Shown here piece by piece: positions 36,937 through 46,115 of a DNA stretch of 64,000 nt; position 1 is the first letter of the stretch, and every line of letters starts with the position of its first letter. Location of the stretch: the NCBI GenBank assembly GCA_022791195.1, contig JAAVYP010000061.1, forward strand, positions 12,732-76,731, in the 5' to 3' direction. The position numbers and the translations under genes were made by a program. This stretch comes from Clostridiales bacterium (GTDB taxonomy: Bacteria; Bacillota; Clostridia; Oscillospirales; CAG-272). The notes beneath the pieces are model-generated. The model did not search any database, was not told the DNA's origin, and saw nothing but the letters and a program-made list of their open reading frames with translations.

Positions 36937-37828
36937 ATTACCTTTAATACAAGCAAAATCGATTTTATCTCCATATATGGCCAACGGCTGGTTCGGCGCA
37001 CACTATAATATGAACTTATATCGGGGCTGCCCGCATGGATGCATCTATTGCTTCAGCCGGAATGAGTGTTATCAGATTGATCAGTTTGATCAGGTGCGCG
37101 GCAAAAAAGATGCCTTATCGATTTTGGAGCGGGAACTCAAAACCAAGAAAAAAGGGGGTGCTGTGCTGACCGGTTCCATGAGCGATCCATATAATCCCTT
37201 TGAAGCAGAACAGCGCACCATGCGCGGTGCGTTGGCGCTGTTTAATCAAATGCATTATGGTGCGATCATTTTGACAAAATCGGATTTGGTGCTCAGGGAT
37301 ATCGATCTGCTTTGCGCGATCAAACAGCATTCGCCGGTTGCGGTGAATTTTACGATCACTTGTGCATCTGATTCGCTTGGTGCGGTTTTAGAGCCTTATG
37401 TATGTCCATCCAGCGCCCGGTTTAAAGCTATAAAAGCACTCACCGAGGCAGGCATTCCCTGCGGCATTTTGCTGATGCCTGTGCTGCCGTTTATTAACGA
37501 TACGCTGGAAAATATCATAGGCATTGTCGAGCAGGCTGCATTATCGGGTGCTAAATGGATTGAAGCCGGTTATGGCTTTTGCGTGACTCTGCGAGCGAAT
37601 CAACGCACATATTTTTATGAACAGCTTGACCGCCTTTATCCCGGCATGAAAGAAAGATATAAAAAGGCTTTTGGCGGGGCGTATGCGTGCTATTCACCCC
37701 ATGACAAAGAACTCAAAAAACAATTTCAAATTGCTTGTGATCAGCATCATATTCTTTATCAGAGCGAGGCGATGGCCCGTTTGATCCATCAAGGTTATGA
37801 AGTGGTTCAGCTTTCTTTTTTCGATTGA
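36926..37828 (+). CDS. Radical SAM protein (SPL/DNA-photolyase-like COG1533 family)
   Basis: CPHGCIYC CxxxCxxC cluster motif near the N-terminus. Overlaps the upstream gene; an alternative start is at 36902. Confidence 0.7.
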   Translation: MLNELPLIQAKSILSPYMANGWFGAHYNMNLYRGCPHGCIYCFSRNECYQIDQFDQVRGKKDALSILERELKTKKKGGAVLTGSMSDPYNPFEAEQRTMRGALALFNQMHYGAIILTKSDLVLRDIDLLCAIKQHSPVAVNFTITCASDSLGAVLEPYVCPSSARFKAIKALTEAGIPCGILLMPVLPFINDTLENIIGIVEQAALSGAKWIEAGYGFCVTLRANQRTYFYEQLDRLYPGMKERYKKAFGGAYACYSPHDKELKKQFQIACDQHHILYQSEAMARLIHQGYEVVQLSFFD

Positions 37829-37872
37829 TGTTCTCAGGACAGGAAAATCGGTTTGCACCAGTGAATGATTGT

Positions 37873-38598
37873 TTATTGCGGTGGTTTGATGGTTTTGTGA
37901 CAAGGCCGCAGGATGCCAATGGGGGTTGACTGGGTGCTTTGCCCTAAAGGATTTTGACGGAGCAGTTTTTTATAAATAGAAACGTCTGTTTTCTGATCAG
38001 ACGTTCCCAAAATTTCACAGCCTAAATCGTTTGCATCGATAATCAGAACCGTATTCCCGCCTAACCTGTCGGAAATGTCACAGGCCGTGCGGCAGGGATC
38101 GGCCGGGGCCAGCACGATATATTTATTGTATGGCGGCAGGGTGTAGGAACACGGGCCGTCGATGGCGGCGGCCTTTCTACCCGCTATTTTGTAAAACCAG
38201 CCGTGCCGATGCAGCAATTTACCAACCATGCCGGCGAATGCAGCGACGAGTATGCGCACAAGTCCTGTTTCGTCAATGGCACATTGCATGGTTTCGGGCA
38301 TGGCGAGGCCTATTCCGTTGGCAGAACGTTTGACACAGCGGCTTAGCATACGTGCGACGAAACCTGCTTTGATTTTATCTGCCTGATAGGCCCGCCCCTC
38401 AGTACAAGCAACCATTTTTTCGCTGATAAAAACAATATCTTCTTTTGTGATCAAGGGCGATACGTATTGGTCGATTATATGGAAAAGAGAGTCGTTTTTG
38501 GTAATGGTATGAGTTTTAATGGCATAACAACTGTATTTGTTTGCGTCAATCGTTACAAATTCATCTTTGCCGGGATTGACAATTAGTTTTTTCTCCAT
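37873..38598 (-). CDS. F420-0:gamma-glutamyl ligase-like (CofE-like) protein
   Basis: 241 aa. ISEKMVACTEGR and AAIDGP motifs resemble the COG1478 family. ATG sits 8 nt after GGAGG. Confidence 0.55.
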   Translation of the reverse strand: MEKKLIVNPGKDEFVTIDANKYSCYAIKTHTITKNDSLFHIIDQYVSPLITKEDIVFISEKMVACTEGRAYQADKIKAGFVARMLSRCVKRSANGIGLAMPETMQCAIDETGLVRILVAAFAGMVGKLLHRHGWFYKIAGRKAAAIDGPCSYTLPPYNKYIVLAPADPCRTACDISDRLGGNTVLIIDANDLGCEILGTSDQKTDVSIYKKLLRQNPLGQSTQSTPIGILRPCHKTIKPPQ

Positions 38599-38670
38599 TT
38601 TGTTATCCTCCTGTTCTGTTTGGGAGAATAACATATCAGAGATTTGAATTTCTATGGTTTTGCGCCAAAC

Positions 38671-38722
38671 AAAACAAAAACTGCCTGAACAGAGAACTGT
38701 TTTCTCGTTTCAGGCAGTTTTT
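38671..38722. terminator. Bidirectional-looking terminator after the histidine kinase gene
   Basis: A-run, CTGCCTGAA...TTCAGGCAG long stem, T-run. Confidence 0.7.
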
Positions 38723-38736
38723 ATTCGTTTCAGGCA

Positions 38737-40146
38737 TCAGTTGTCCTTTGTTTTAAAAACAGTCAGACACTGCACAAATTGTGTATCGGAAAAATATGAA
38801 TTTAAGATTAGATTGTCATAATTTTCAATTATTTTTTTGATAATCAAAAGGCCGCGTCCTCTGTGAATTCCCTTTTCGGTGGTTCCTGCAATGACGCCTT
38901 TTTCTTTTACGGCGGGACGAACTTCATTGGCCACAATAATGCTTGTGCCATTCTCATCTTCGCGAATATTGATGCGCAGGTGTTTCTTTTCGCAAAGCAG
39001 AGCTTCTTCGGCTGCATTATCGATTAAAACACCTAAAATTCTGACAATATGACCGCATCCTTCGATGTGAGAAGGGGCAATAGCAGCATCGACATGTACG
39101 CCCATTTCAAGCAATTCTGTCATTTTATAATAGAAAAACGATTTTAATCGATTGTCGCTCAATACAGACAATTTTGCGATTAAATCGCTTTTGATCACTG
39201 TTTGCTGCAAAAAGGGGACAATATTTTGGGCGTAAAATTCTTTCATTTCCTGATCATCACTTTGATCGACAAAGTGACCCATGGTCAAGAATACGTTTTT
39301 TAGATCATGCCGTATATCCTGCATGTTTTCCAACGTTTTTTCCAGATCATCGCTATATGCGGCCAGCTCGCTTTCTGCATTTTGAGCCAGATTCATATTT
39401 TCTTTCATAGAGGCTGCTTTAAACAAAAGGCCAATATAAACAGCGGCCGCGAAAATAATCAGTATACGGAGCATGCGGGTATTTAACGGACTGATTTGAC
39501 TCATCGTGTCAAATGAATCGAAAAAAAGCAGCAGAATCATAAAAAAGGCAAGCACATAGGCACTGAGCCCGGCGAATTTATGCTGTACAAGTGAAAAACG
39601 GCTGGTATTGATTTGAAAAAAACAAGTGGCAAACTTTACAAATGCGGCGAAAACGCCAACAAACAAAGCACTGAATATTAATATTAAAAGGAATTTTTGC
39701 AAAGCGGAAAGCGAAAAACGCCATCCAATGTCATAATATAGCGGCATGAGCTTGGTTGTGGCAGCATCGTAGATAGAGAGCAAAATAGCCGTGCATAGCG
39801 ATACAGCGATTATTTTAGCAAAATAATCTTTGATAGGTGCATGCTTAAGCCAAAGAATCAGCACCAAATCCAATAAAAAGAAAACCGAAAAAAAGGAGGG
39901 GGCCGCAAAAAAATTCAGATATAGTTTTTCTGTGATCATCAGGCACGCTAACATGATATAAGAAGCCCGGCTTAATGGCAGCTGATGTACCAGCGCTGTA
40001 AAAGCGCACAGCATGATGATACTGATTATATTTAATGTGCTATAGGTGCTCCAGCGGGTTTTCGACAAGATGGCCAGTGCGGCTGCCAGAAAAAACAGGG
40101 CATACAGAATAAAGTAAATTATTTTTCTTAGGTCTTTTTTAGCCAT
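38737..40146 (-). CDS. Sensor histidine kinase, AgrC/ComD-like (HPK10, GHKL ATPase)
   Basis: About 7 TM helices, then H-box IRHDLKNVF and a GHKL domain (IDNAAEE...GRGLLII). Overlaps the upstream LytTR regulator gene. Confidence 0.8.
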   Translation of the reverse strand: MAKKDLRKIIYFILYALFFLAAALAILSKTRWSTYSTLNIISIIMLCAFTALVHQLPLSRASYIMLACLMITEKLYLNFFAAPSFFSVFFLLDLVLILWLKHAPIKDYFAKIIAVSLCTAILLSIYDAATTKLMPLYYDIGWRFSLSALQKFLLILIFSALFVGVFAAFVKFATCFFQINTSRFSLVQHKFAGLSAYVLAFFMILLLFFDSFDTMSQISPLNTRMLRILIIFAAAVYIGLLFKAASMKENMNLAQNAESELAAYSDDLEKTLENMQDIRHDLKNVFLTMGHFVDQSDDQEMKEFYAQNIVPFLQQTVIKSDLIAKLSVLSDNRLKSFFYYKMTELLEMGVHVDAAIAPSHIEGCGHIVRILGVLIDNAAEEALLCEKKHLRINIREDENGTSIIVANEVRPAVKEKGVIAGTTEKGIHRGRGLLIIKKIIENYDNLILNSYFSDTQFVQCLTVFKTKDN

Positions 40147-40880
40147 TTTTTGATCTCCGAACGCATTTTTAACGAGCACGGTATCTCGCTTTGGTCTGAC
40201 ATGACAATATAGCCGCCGCGCATGCCGATCATATGCGATTGATTCGCCAAAAAGGAGCGATGCACCCTCACGAAATTATCGTCCAGTTTTTTTGCTTCGT
40301 TATCAAGCGTGCTGATTACGGTAATAACAGAACCGTTATCGGTACGATAGGTAATGCCATGTGAAATGCCTTTTTCAGATTCAAGATATAGTATATCCTG
40401 CATGCATAACTCCGCCTGTTCACCAACTCCGGTTTTCAGAGAGATGATACGCCTCTCATAAACATCTGCATGCTCTTCGGCAGAGAGTCTTAATGCCATT
40501 TGTATATATCGGCCAATAGAATCTGACAGCTTTTTTATATCACAGTCTTTTTCTAAAAAGCCAAAAGGCTCCGTGCCGCTTTTCAGCACCTTCATGGCCA
40601 GCTCGCTGTGGTTAGTGGTATAAACGATTTTGGCTTTACTGCCGCGTTTTTTGAGGGCGGCTGTGATGTCTATGCCGTTGGGTTGATTGGCGCCGTAATC
40701 AATATCCATAAAAAGAAGGCTGTCGCCGTCAATATCAGATAGGCGAAGCAATTCGGCCCCTGAACGGGCCGCGCCGCTAAGCTTTGCATTCAGCTTGTTA
40801 TCGGCAATAATGTGCTCAACCACTTCTTTTTCCAGCGACAGAAAAAAGGGGTCGTCATCGCTGAGAAATATTTTTATCAT
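40128..40880 (-). CDS. LytTR/AgrA-family response regulator
   Basis: Receiver domain (LSDDDP, FMDIDY) and a C-terminal LytTR domain (FVRVHRSFLAN). Confidence 0.85.
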   Translation of the reverse strand: MIKIFLSDDDPFFLSLEKEVVEHIIADNKLNAKLSGAARSGAELLRLSDIDGDSLLFMDIDYGANQPNGIDITAALKKRGSKAKIVYTTNHSELAMKVLKSGTEPFGFLEKDCDIKKLSDSIGRYIQMALRLSAEEHADVYERRIISLKTGVGEQAELCMQDILYLESEKGISHGITYRTDNGSVITVISTLDNEAKKLDDNFVRVHRSFLANQSHMIGMRGGYIVMSDQSEIPCSLKMRSEIKKWLKKT

Positions 40881-40919
40881 GTGCCGGTTCTTCCTTGCAT
40901 GGCTATAAGATCAGTGTTT

Positions 40920-41423
40920 TTAAAATTGGCTGATAGACAGGCTCTCGTCGTCTTCGCCCTTGGTAATGGCTTTAATCACAACGGGATATTTGATTTTTTC
41001 ATTGACTTTGACAATCACTCGTTCACCCACTTTTTTGCCTAAAAGAGCAGCACCCAAAGGCGATTCTTTGGAAATGCAATCTTTAAGGACATTGTTCCGA
41101 AGAGTGGTAACGATGCGAATGGTGCGGTTTTCATCATCCTCTTCATAATAAATTTCCACTTCATCAAAAAGGCCCACTTCGTCTTGTTTTGAATCGGTAG
41201 AAATGACAACGGCCGTGTCGATCATGGTTTGTAAATAGTGAATGCGGCTGTTGTTCCGGTTCAGTTCCCGCTTAGCCGAACGATATTCGTCATTTTCGCT
41301 CAAATCGCCGAGTTCGCGGGCTGATTTGACCGCGCTTCGCAGTTTGGGTGCTAAAACTCCTTTGCGGTAGTCAATTTCTTCTTTCATTTTTTGTATATCA
41401 ATTTTGGTGAGTTCATCGCGCAT
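40920..41423 (-). CDS. greA: Transcription elongation factor GreA
   Basis: GDLSENDEYRSAK coiled-coil motif and a C-terminal FKBP-like domain. Confidence 0.9.
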   Translation of the reverse strand: MRDELTKIDIQKMKEEIDYRKGVLAPKLRSAVKSARELGDLSENDEYRSAKRELNRNNSRIHYLQTMIDTAVVISTDSKQDEVGLFDEVEIYYEEDDENRTIRIVTTLRNNVLKDCISKESPLGAALLGKKVGERVIVKVNEKIKYPVVIKAITKGEDDESLSISQF

Positions 41424-41448
41424 AGCCTTTATCTCCTGTTTCGTGCAT

Positions 41449-42786
41449 TTACTTTATATTTTTAAAAACGGGTTTTAAATTTTGGTATTGCTTGGATATA
41501 AATTGATCATCATAAGTTTTGTCTAAAAAGACGTCGATTGCGCCTTCGGCCTTTTTGCCGGCGGCCCGTTCTTCCATACGTGCCAAAACGGCAGCTGACA
41601 ACAGCATATCCGCTGAGAGGAACAGCGCCAGCAGGATGGAAATGATTTTGCCGGGGCGCACCGGTATTTTTTCAATCAGGCAGGAAAGATGGGGATAAAT
41701 GCCTTTGACCCATAACAAGGCCAGCAATCCCCAGAAGCCGCAGTAAAGCAAATTGATCCGTCCGTTGATATTAAAGGGAATGCCGCTGTAATCCCAGAAA
41801 ACGCTGCCAAAGAAAAATTCGGTAAATACGCTGCAGGCGTATTCATATACGCCGCCGATGAAGAGTCCGCCCAAGAAAATGTATCGGTCGCTCTTTTGGT
41901 TCCAGCCATAAAGAACCATGGTCAGCACGACCGCGCCAAGTCCCCATACAACGCTGAAAGGGCCGTAGATTAAACTGCTGCGGTTCATGAGAACACCGGT
42001 GGTTATATACATAAAGACAATTTCGGTGAAACAGCCGATGACCGAGCCGATGACAAAAATCCAAAATAATTTATAAAAGCTTTTTCCTGCTCCAAATCGG
42101 GTGGTTTTATCAGATGAATTTTCTTGTTTAGTGATTTTGGCTTGATTTTTCTCCAGGTGCTTTTGCAATCGACGAACGCTTCGTTTGGTTTTGTTGAGGT
42201 TGTAAAAGGAAGCGATTGCCCGACTGACCTGCTTTTTTAAATGAGAGATTTGTTCGGACATAGACTGCATCTGCTTGCTTTCGCGGATGATGCCATGTAC
42301 GCCGATCACAGTGAAGAGAAAATCGAATACGATGAGCACCAGTAAAATGATCACAACGGCAACACGTATATGAAAATGTACAGCATTTAGGGCGCGTGCA
42401 ATCTGCGGATGAATCCATTTCACAACTACCGCGCTGGCAATGCCCTTAATAACTATTGACGAAAAACAGGTATAACCTAAAATGTGCCATCTGTGATTTG
42501 AATAGTCCCACAGTCTGGCATGCAAAATTTTATCAGAGGCTAAGCAGAGGATCGTTTCGGTGACGCCGCTGACAACACATAAGCTGAAAGCCGTAAAAAC
42601 AAAATCGTTTTTATTTGGCTCTAAAAAAAAGACGCCTAAGACGGGAATGAGTCCATAAAGCACCATCATAGGGCCGAAAAGCAAGCCGCGGTTGACAAAT
42701 TTTCGATGCTTGATCGAATAAATCATCGTTTCGCACAGCCACCCGGCAAATGCATAAATAAAAAAATAAAGGATATAGTTAATCAT
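41449..42786 (-). CDS. Membrane protein with two CmpB/DUF1113-like (putative ABC-transporter type IV) modules joined by a charged linker
   Basis: Repeated FxxGxxxGWxxExxF-type TM modules (FIYAFAGWLCETMIY and FVIGSVIGCFTEIVF) separated by a lysine-rich helix. Confidence 0.55.
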   Translation of the reverse strand: MINYILYFFIYAFAGWLCETMIYSIKHRKFVNRGLLFGPMMVLYGLIPVLGVFFLEPNKNDFVFTAFSLCVVSGVTETILCLASDKILHARLWDYSNHRWHILGYTCFSSIVIKGIASAVVVKWIHPQIARALNAVHFHIRVAVVIILLVLIVFDFLFTVIGVHGIIRESKQMQSMSEQISHLKKQVSRAIASFYNLNKTKRSVRRLQKHLEKNQAKITKQENSSDKTTRFGAGKSFYKLFWIFVIGSVIGCFTEIVFMYITTGVLMNRSSLIYGPFSVVWGLGAVVLTMVLYGWNQKSDRYIFLGGLFIGGVYEYACSVFTEFFFGSVFWDYSGIPFNINGRINLLYCGFWGLLALLWVKGIYPHLSCLIEKIPVRPGKIISILLALFLSADMLLSAAVLARMEERAAGKKAEGAIDVFLDKTYDDQFISKQYQNLKPVFKNIK

Positions 42787-43038
42787 CGTCATTCTCCCAC
42801 GATTCAATAACATTAAGTATAATATAATGAGCAGACTTTGTCAATTCACGTCCTTTGAAAGAAAATCACGAGAAAAAGACTGCTGCGGTGCTTTTACACA
42901 TACATATGAAAATGAAGAGCAATATTTGTATTGGTCAGTGAAAAAAGAGGCAGAAATAATTAAAAGAAAAAATGCACTTGTGAATTTGTGTAATTTGTGA
43001 TAATATAAAGTCAATTACCGAGGGAGGATTTTTGTATA

Positions 43039-45969
43039 ATGCCAATAAAAATCAAAAAAATATTAACTGGATTGCTGGCTTTTATGCTTTTGCTGTTCCA
43101 AATGCCAGCGGTCATAAGCGCGGCGTCTATTGACGATGCGATAGTAAGCAGTGAACCGGCGCCTATTACGGCGGCACCGGTGCTTGACGGCGATGACGGG
43201 CGGGTGGGCGATACCATTACGGTCACGGTCAAAAACGGCATCAATTACCTTTTTTTGCCTTCTTGCGCCAATGCCTCTAAGGTCGCAGTTTGTTATACGG
43301 GCAGTGAGGCGCTGTATAATGAAAAAACAGGAAAGACCATTCAAAACGGACAAACCGATGTCTATGACTTTTCGGCAGGCGATGTGTGTTTATATGAGTA
43401 TAACGCCTCAAAAGATCAGTATACCAAATACAGCCTGCGGGTGATGAAATCGGCCGAGGTCTCGTCCTTGCATTTTACGATTGATGATGTGCCGGGCGAA
43501 AAGGACATTTTGGAATATCTGCATGCCAATAAGGAAAACCGAACGACCGGCGCGCTTGTGATGATGAATGCGGCCGGAGAGGTCGTTTATAACGGCGGGG
43601 TGGATACCTTTAAGGGCCGCGGCAACACTTCGTTTGTGGCGCCGGGCATTGTGCCGGACAAAAAATCATATAACTTTAAGCTCGGCAAAAAGGCGGAACT
43701 GATTGACGGCGCCGGAAAAATGAAAAAATGGTCTTTGCTGCATATGCGTGTTTCCACGGCTTATTATTATGACTGGACGGGTATGTGTGCACGTCTTGGT
43801 TTTCAGACTTACAATCAATTAGCTAAGGAAAATCGCTTCGATATGCGGGCGGAATATGTGGATGTGTATATTAATCAGGAATACAGAGGCACCTATATTC
43901 TCACCGAACGCATGGACGTGAACGCGGCGGTTGATATTTCCAAGCAGGACGATTATGTACAGTCTGAATCCTCAGCCAAAACAACTGTTAAAGATAAACA
44001 GGATGCGGCTATCCAAGCGGGCATTCAGTATTACCGCTATACCACCGATGCGGCGCCGATTCCTGATAGCGGCTACGATATCACCGGCGGCTATTTGTTA
44101 GAGGTGCATTTCGGCAGCCTTGAGGACTGTGGTTTTGTAACCAAAAATGGGATGTATGTCAATATCAAAGCGCCGGAAGCCTGCACAAAAGAGCAGGTGC
44201 AGTATATTGCCAAATATGTGCAGGACTTTGAAAACGCACTCATGTCTGATACTGGTTATAACAGCGAAGGCAAATATTATACCGAATATATCGATGCAGA
44301 GAGCTTGGCATCTTTGATTTTAACCTATGCGTTTTATCAGAACTGGGAGCTGTTCCGAACCAGTACCTATATGTATAAGGATACGGCCGATTCTGCTCAC
44401 AGCACGCTGACGTTTGGTCCGGCGTGGGACTTTGAGACCGGGGATTATATCCTGAAAAACGATAAAACTCTTTTTGGCACCCATAATGTTTATTCGGATA
44501 AGCAGCAGTATGTTTGGTTGGAACCGCTTTGGCAAAAAGGGGATTTTATGAGTCTGGTGTTTGCCAAAGAAAAAGAGTTGAACGCTCTCATGACGTCCGT
44601 TTTAGCCGATGAAGCGGGTTCACCGGATGCATTGCCGGAGGATGTTTTTACCGCGTCCGAACTCATTGAGGGGGCGATGGCGTCTCAGGCGATGAACTGG
44701 GCACGCTGGGATTTTAAGAAGATTATAGATGGCTTGTCCGGCCATGCAGGCAAAGAAAATACATTTGCATATTTTGCTGATCAGTATCGGTCCGCGCTGC
44801 AAACAAGACTGCAAAACTGGACAGCGCTTTGGGATGACAGCCAATATTTGCTTGGCGTCAGTATCGCCGGTTATCGCGACGCGGACGGCAAAATTAAACT
44901 GGTCAGCCATGTAAACACGACCCAAGAGGTGTCGTATACCTGGTATAAACTAAATGAGAACAAAACGGCGTACATCCCAATCGACGGCGCAGACGGTGCA
45001 ACACTTCTTGCAGAGGATGAGGGGATTTATTATTGCGTTGTCTCCGGCAAGAATAATGCTTGTTACCGTCAGGCAAAAGGGTCTGTTTTCTCTAAAGAAA
45101 TAATTAGCATGACAGCCTTATTTGATACAGCGAACGCCGTGAATGAGGGCGAGCATCCGGACTGCGAGCATGAAACAAGCGAATGGAAGCGAACCGTGCA
45201 GCCCACTTGTGCGAAAGAAGGTCTTGAAGAGCAAATTTGTACACAGTGCGGATTTGTATTGGATACACGAACTGTATCTAAAGCGGCGCATACGCCGGGT
45301 GAGTGGGAGATTGTCACAGCACCCACTACGGAAGAAGAGGGACTGCAAACTAAATCCTGCACCGTGTGCGGCGAGGAACTGGAAAGACAGGTGCTTGACC
45401 GGATCTATGTGAATCCATTTACGGATGTGGATACAGAGGAATGGTATGGCGCGGCCGTGCAGTATGCCGTGCAAAATCAACTCTTTTTCGGGTTTTCAGA
45501 TACGATATTTTCTCCTGATACATACATGACACGCGGCATGTTAGTGAGCGTGCTGGCGCGTTTGGAGGGAATTGAGGTTGACAACAGCCAAAAGCCTGCC
45601 TTTGATGATGTCGAGCGGGGCATCTGGTATAACGGCGCCGTGATTTGGGCAGCCGAGCATGATCTTGTTGCGGGCACCAGCAAAACGACCTTCGAGCCGG
45701 AAGAAAATATCACCAGAGAGCAGACTGCCGCGATTCTATATCGCTATGCCTTGTATAAAGGATATGATTGTACAGAGAAAAACAGTATCAGTCATTTTTC
45801 TGATTATCGCAAAGTCAGCTCTTATGCGGTACCGGCCTTGTCTTGGGCTAATAAACATAAGATTGTGAACGGGACATCTAACACCGTGCTTGACCCATCT
45901 GGTTTTTCGACCCGTGCGCAGGTTGCTTTAATGATGATGAATTTCTGTCAGGCGTATAATCATTCATGA
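43039..45969 (+). CDS. Secreted CotH-family kinase-like protein with Cys-rich repeats and three C-terminal SLH domains
   Basis: Signal peptide, CotH core (KKSYNFKLGKK...YVDVYINQEYRGTYILTERMD), two 40-aa HxxxEW...CTxCG repeats, and SLH repeats (FTDVD..WY..AV.YA, FDDV..GIWY, FSDY..VSSYA). Confidence 0.8.
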   Translation: MPIKIKKILTGLLAFMLLLFQMPAVISAASIDDAIVSSEPAPITAAPVLDGDDGRVGDTITVTVKNGINYLFLPSCANASKVAVCYTGSEALYNEKTGKTIQNGQTDVYDFSAGDVCLYEYNASKDQYTKYSLRVMKSAEVSSLHFTIDDVPGEKDILEYLHANKENRTTGALVMMNAAGEVVYNGGVDTFKGRGNTSFVAPGIVPDKKSYNFKLGKKAELIDGAGKMKKWSLLHMRVSTAYYYDWTGMCARLGFQTYNQLAKENRFDMRAEYVDVYINQEYRGTYILTERMDVNAAVDISKQDDYVQSESSAKTTVKDKQDAAIQAGIQYYRYTTDAAPIPDSGYDITGGYLLEVHFGSLEDCGFVTKNGMYVNIKAPEACTKEQVQYIAKYVQDFENALMSDTGYNSEGKYYTEYIDAESLASLILTYAFYQNWELFRTSTYMYKDTADSAHSTLTFGPAWDFETGDYILKNDKTLFGTHNVYSDKQQYVWLEPLWQKGDFMSLVFAKEKELNALMTSVLADEAGSPDALPEDVFTASELIEGAMASQAMNWARWDFKKIIDGLSGHAGKENTFAYFADQYRSALQTRLQNWTALWDDSQYLLGVSIAGYRDADGKIKLVSHVNTTQEVSYTWYKLNENKTAYIPIDGADGATLLAEDEGIYYCVVSGKNNACYRQAKGSVFSKEIISMTALFDTANAVNEGEHPDCEHETSEWKRTVQPTCAKEGLEEQICTQCGFVLDTRTVSKAAHTPGEWEIVTAPTTEEEGLQTKSCTVCGEELERQVLDRIYVNPFTDVDTEEWYGAAVQYAVQNQLFFGFSDTIFSPDTYMTRGMLVSVLARLEGIEVDNSQKPAFDDVERGIWYNGAVIWAAEHDLVAGTSKTTFEPEENITREQTAAILYRYALYKGYDCTEKNSISHFSDYRKVSSYAVPALSWANKHKIVNGTSNTVLDPSGFSTRAQVALMMMNFCQAYNHS
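45169..45372 (+). repeat. Two tandem in-frame ~28-aa Cys/His motifs (period 120 nt) inside the CotH-SLH gene
   Basis: HETSEWKRTVQPTCAKEGLEEQICTQCG versus HTPGEWEIVTAPTTEEEGLQTKSCTVCG. Confidence 0.7.
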
Positions 45970-45983
45970 GGAATAAGTGAGAT

Positions 45984-46021
45984 AAAAAAAGAACAGGCCG
46001 TTTTAAGAGCCTGTTCTTTTT
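45984..46021 (+). terminator. Intrinsic terminator after the CotH-SLH gene
   Basis: AAGAACAGGC-loop-GCCTGTTCTT followed by TTT. Confidence 0.85.
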
Positions 46022-46115
46022 GGCCATGAGCACCATTTGTTTTTTGGTTAATTTGCCTATGACAATTTGACAATAAAAGTGGTAAACTATAGATAGTAAA
46101 AAGAATGGGAGAACC

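Noticed and set aside
38704-38736. Direct repeat TCGTTTCAGGCA occurring twice downstream of the histidine kinase gene.
   Set aside because: One copy is simply the 3' arm of the terminator stem and the other is an adjacent 12-nt duplication. It is too short and isolated to interpret.
42940-42975. Tiny ORF (MKMKSNICIGQ) in the region upstream of the CotH-SLH gene, considered as a possible signalling pre-peptide for the nearby AgrCA-like system.
   Set aside because: It has no RBS. It is separated from the two-component genes by greA and a membrane-protein gene. It is only 10 codons long with no leader-type features.
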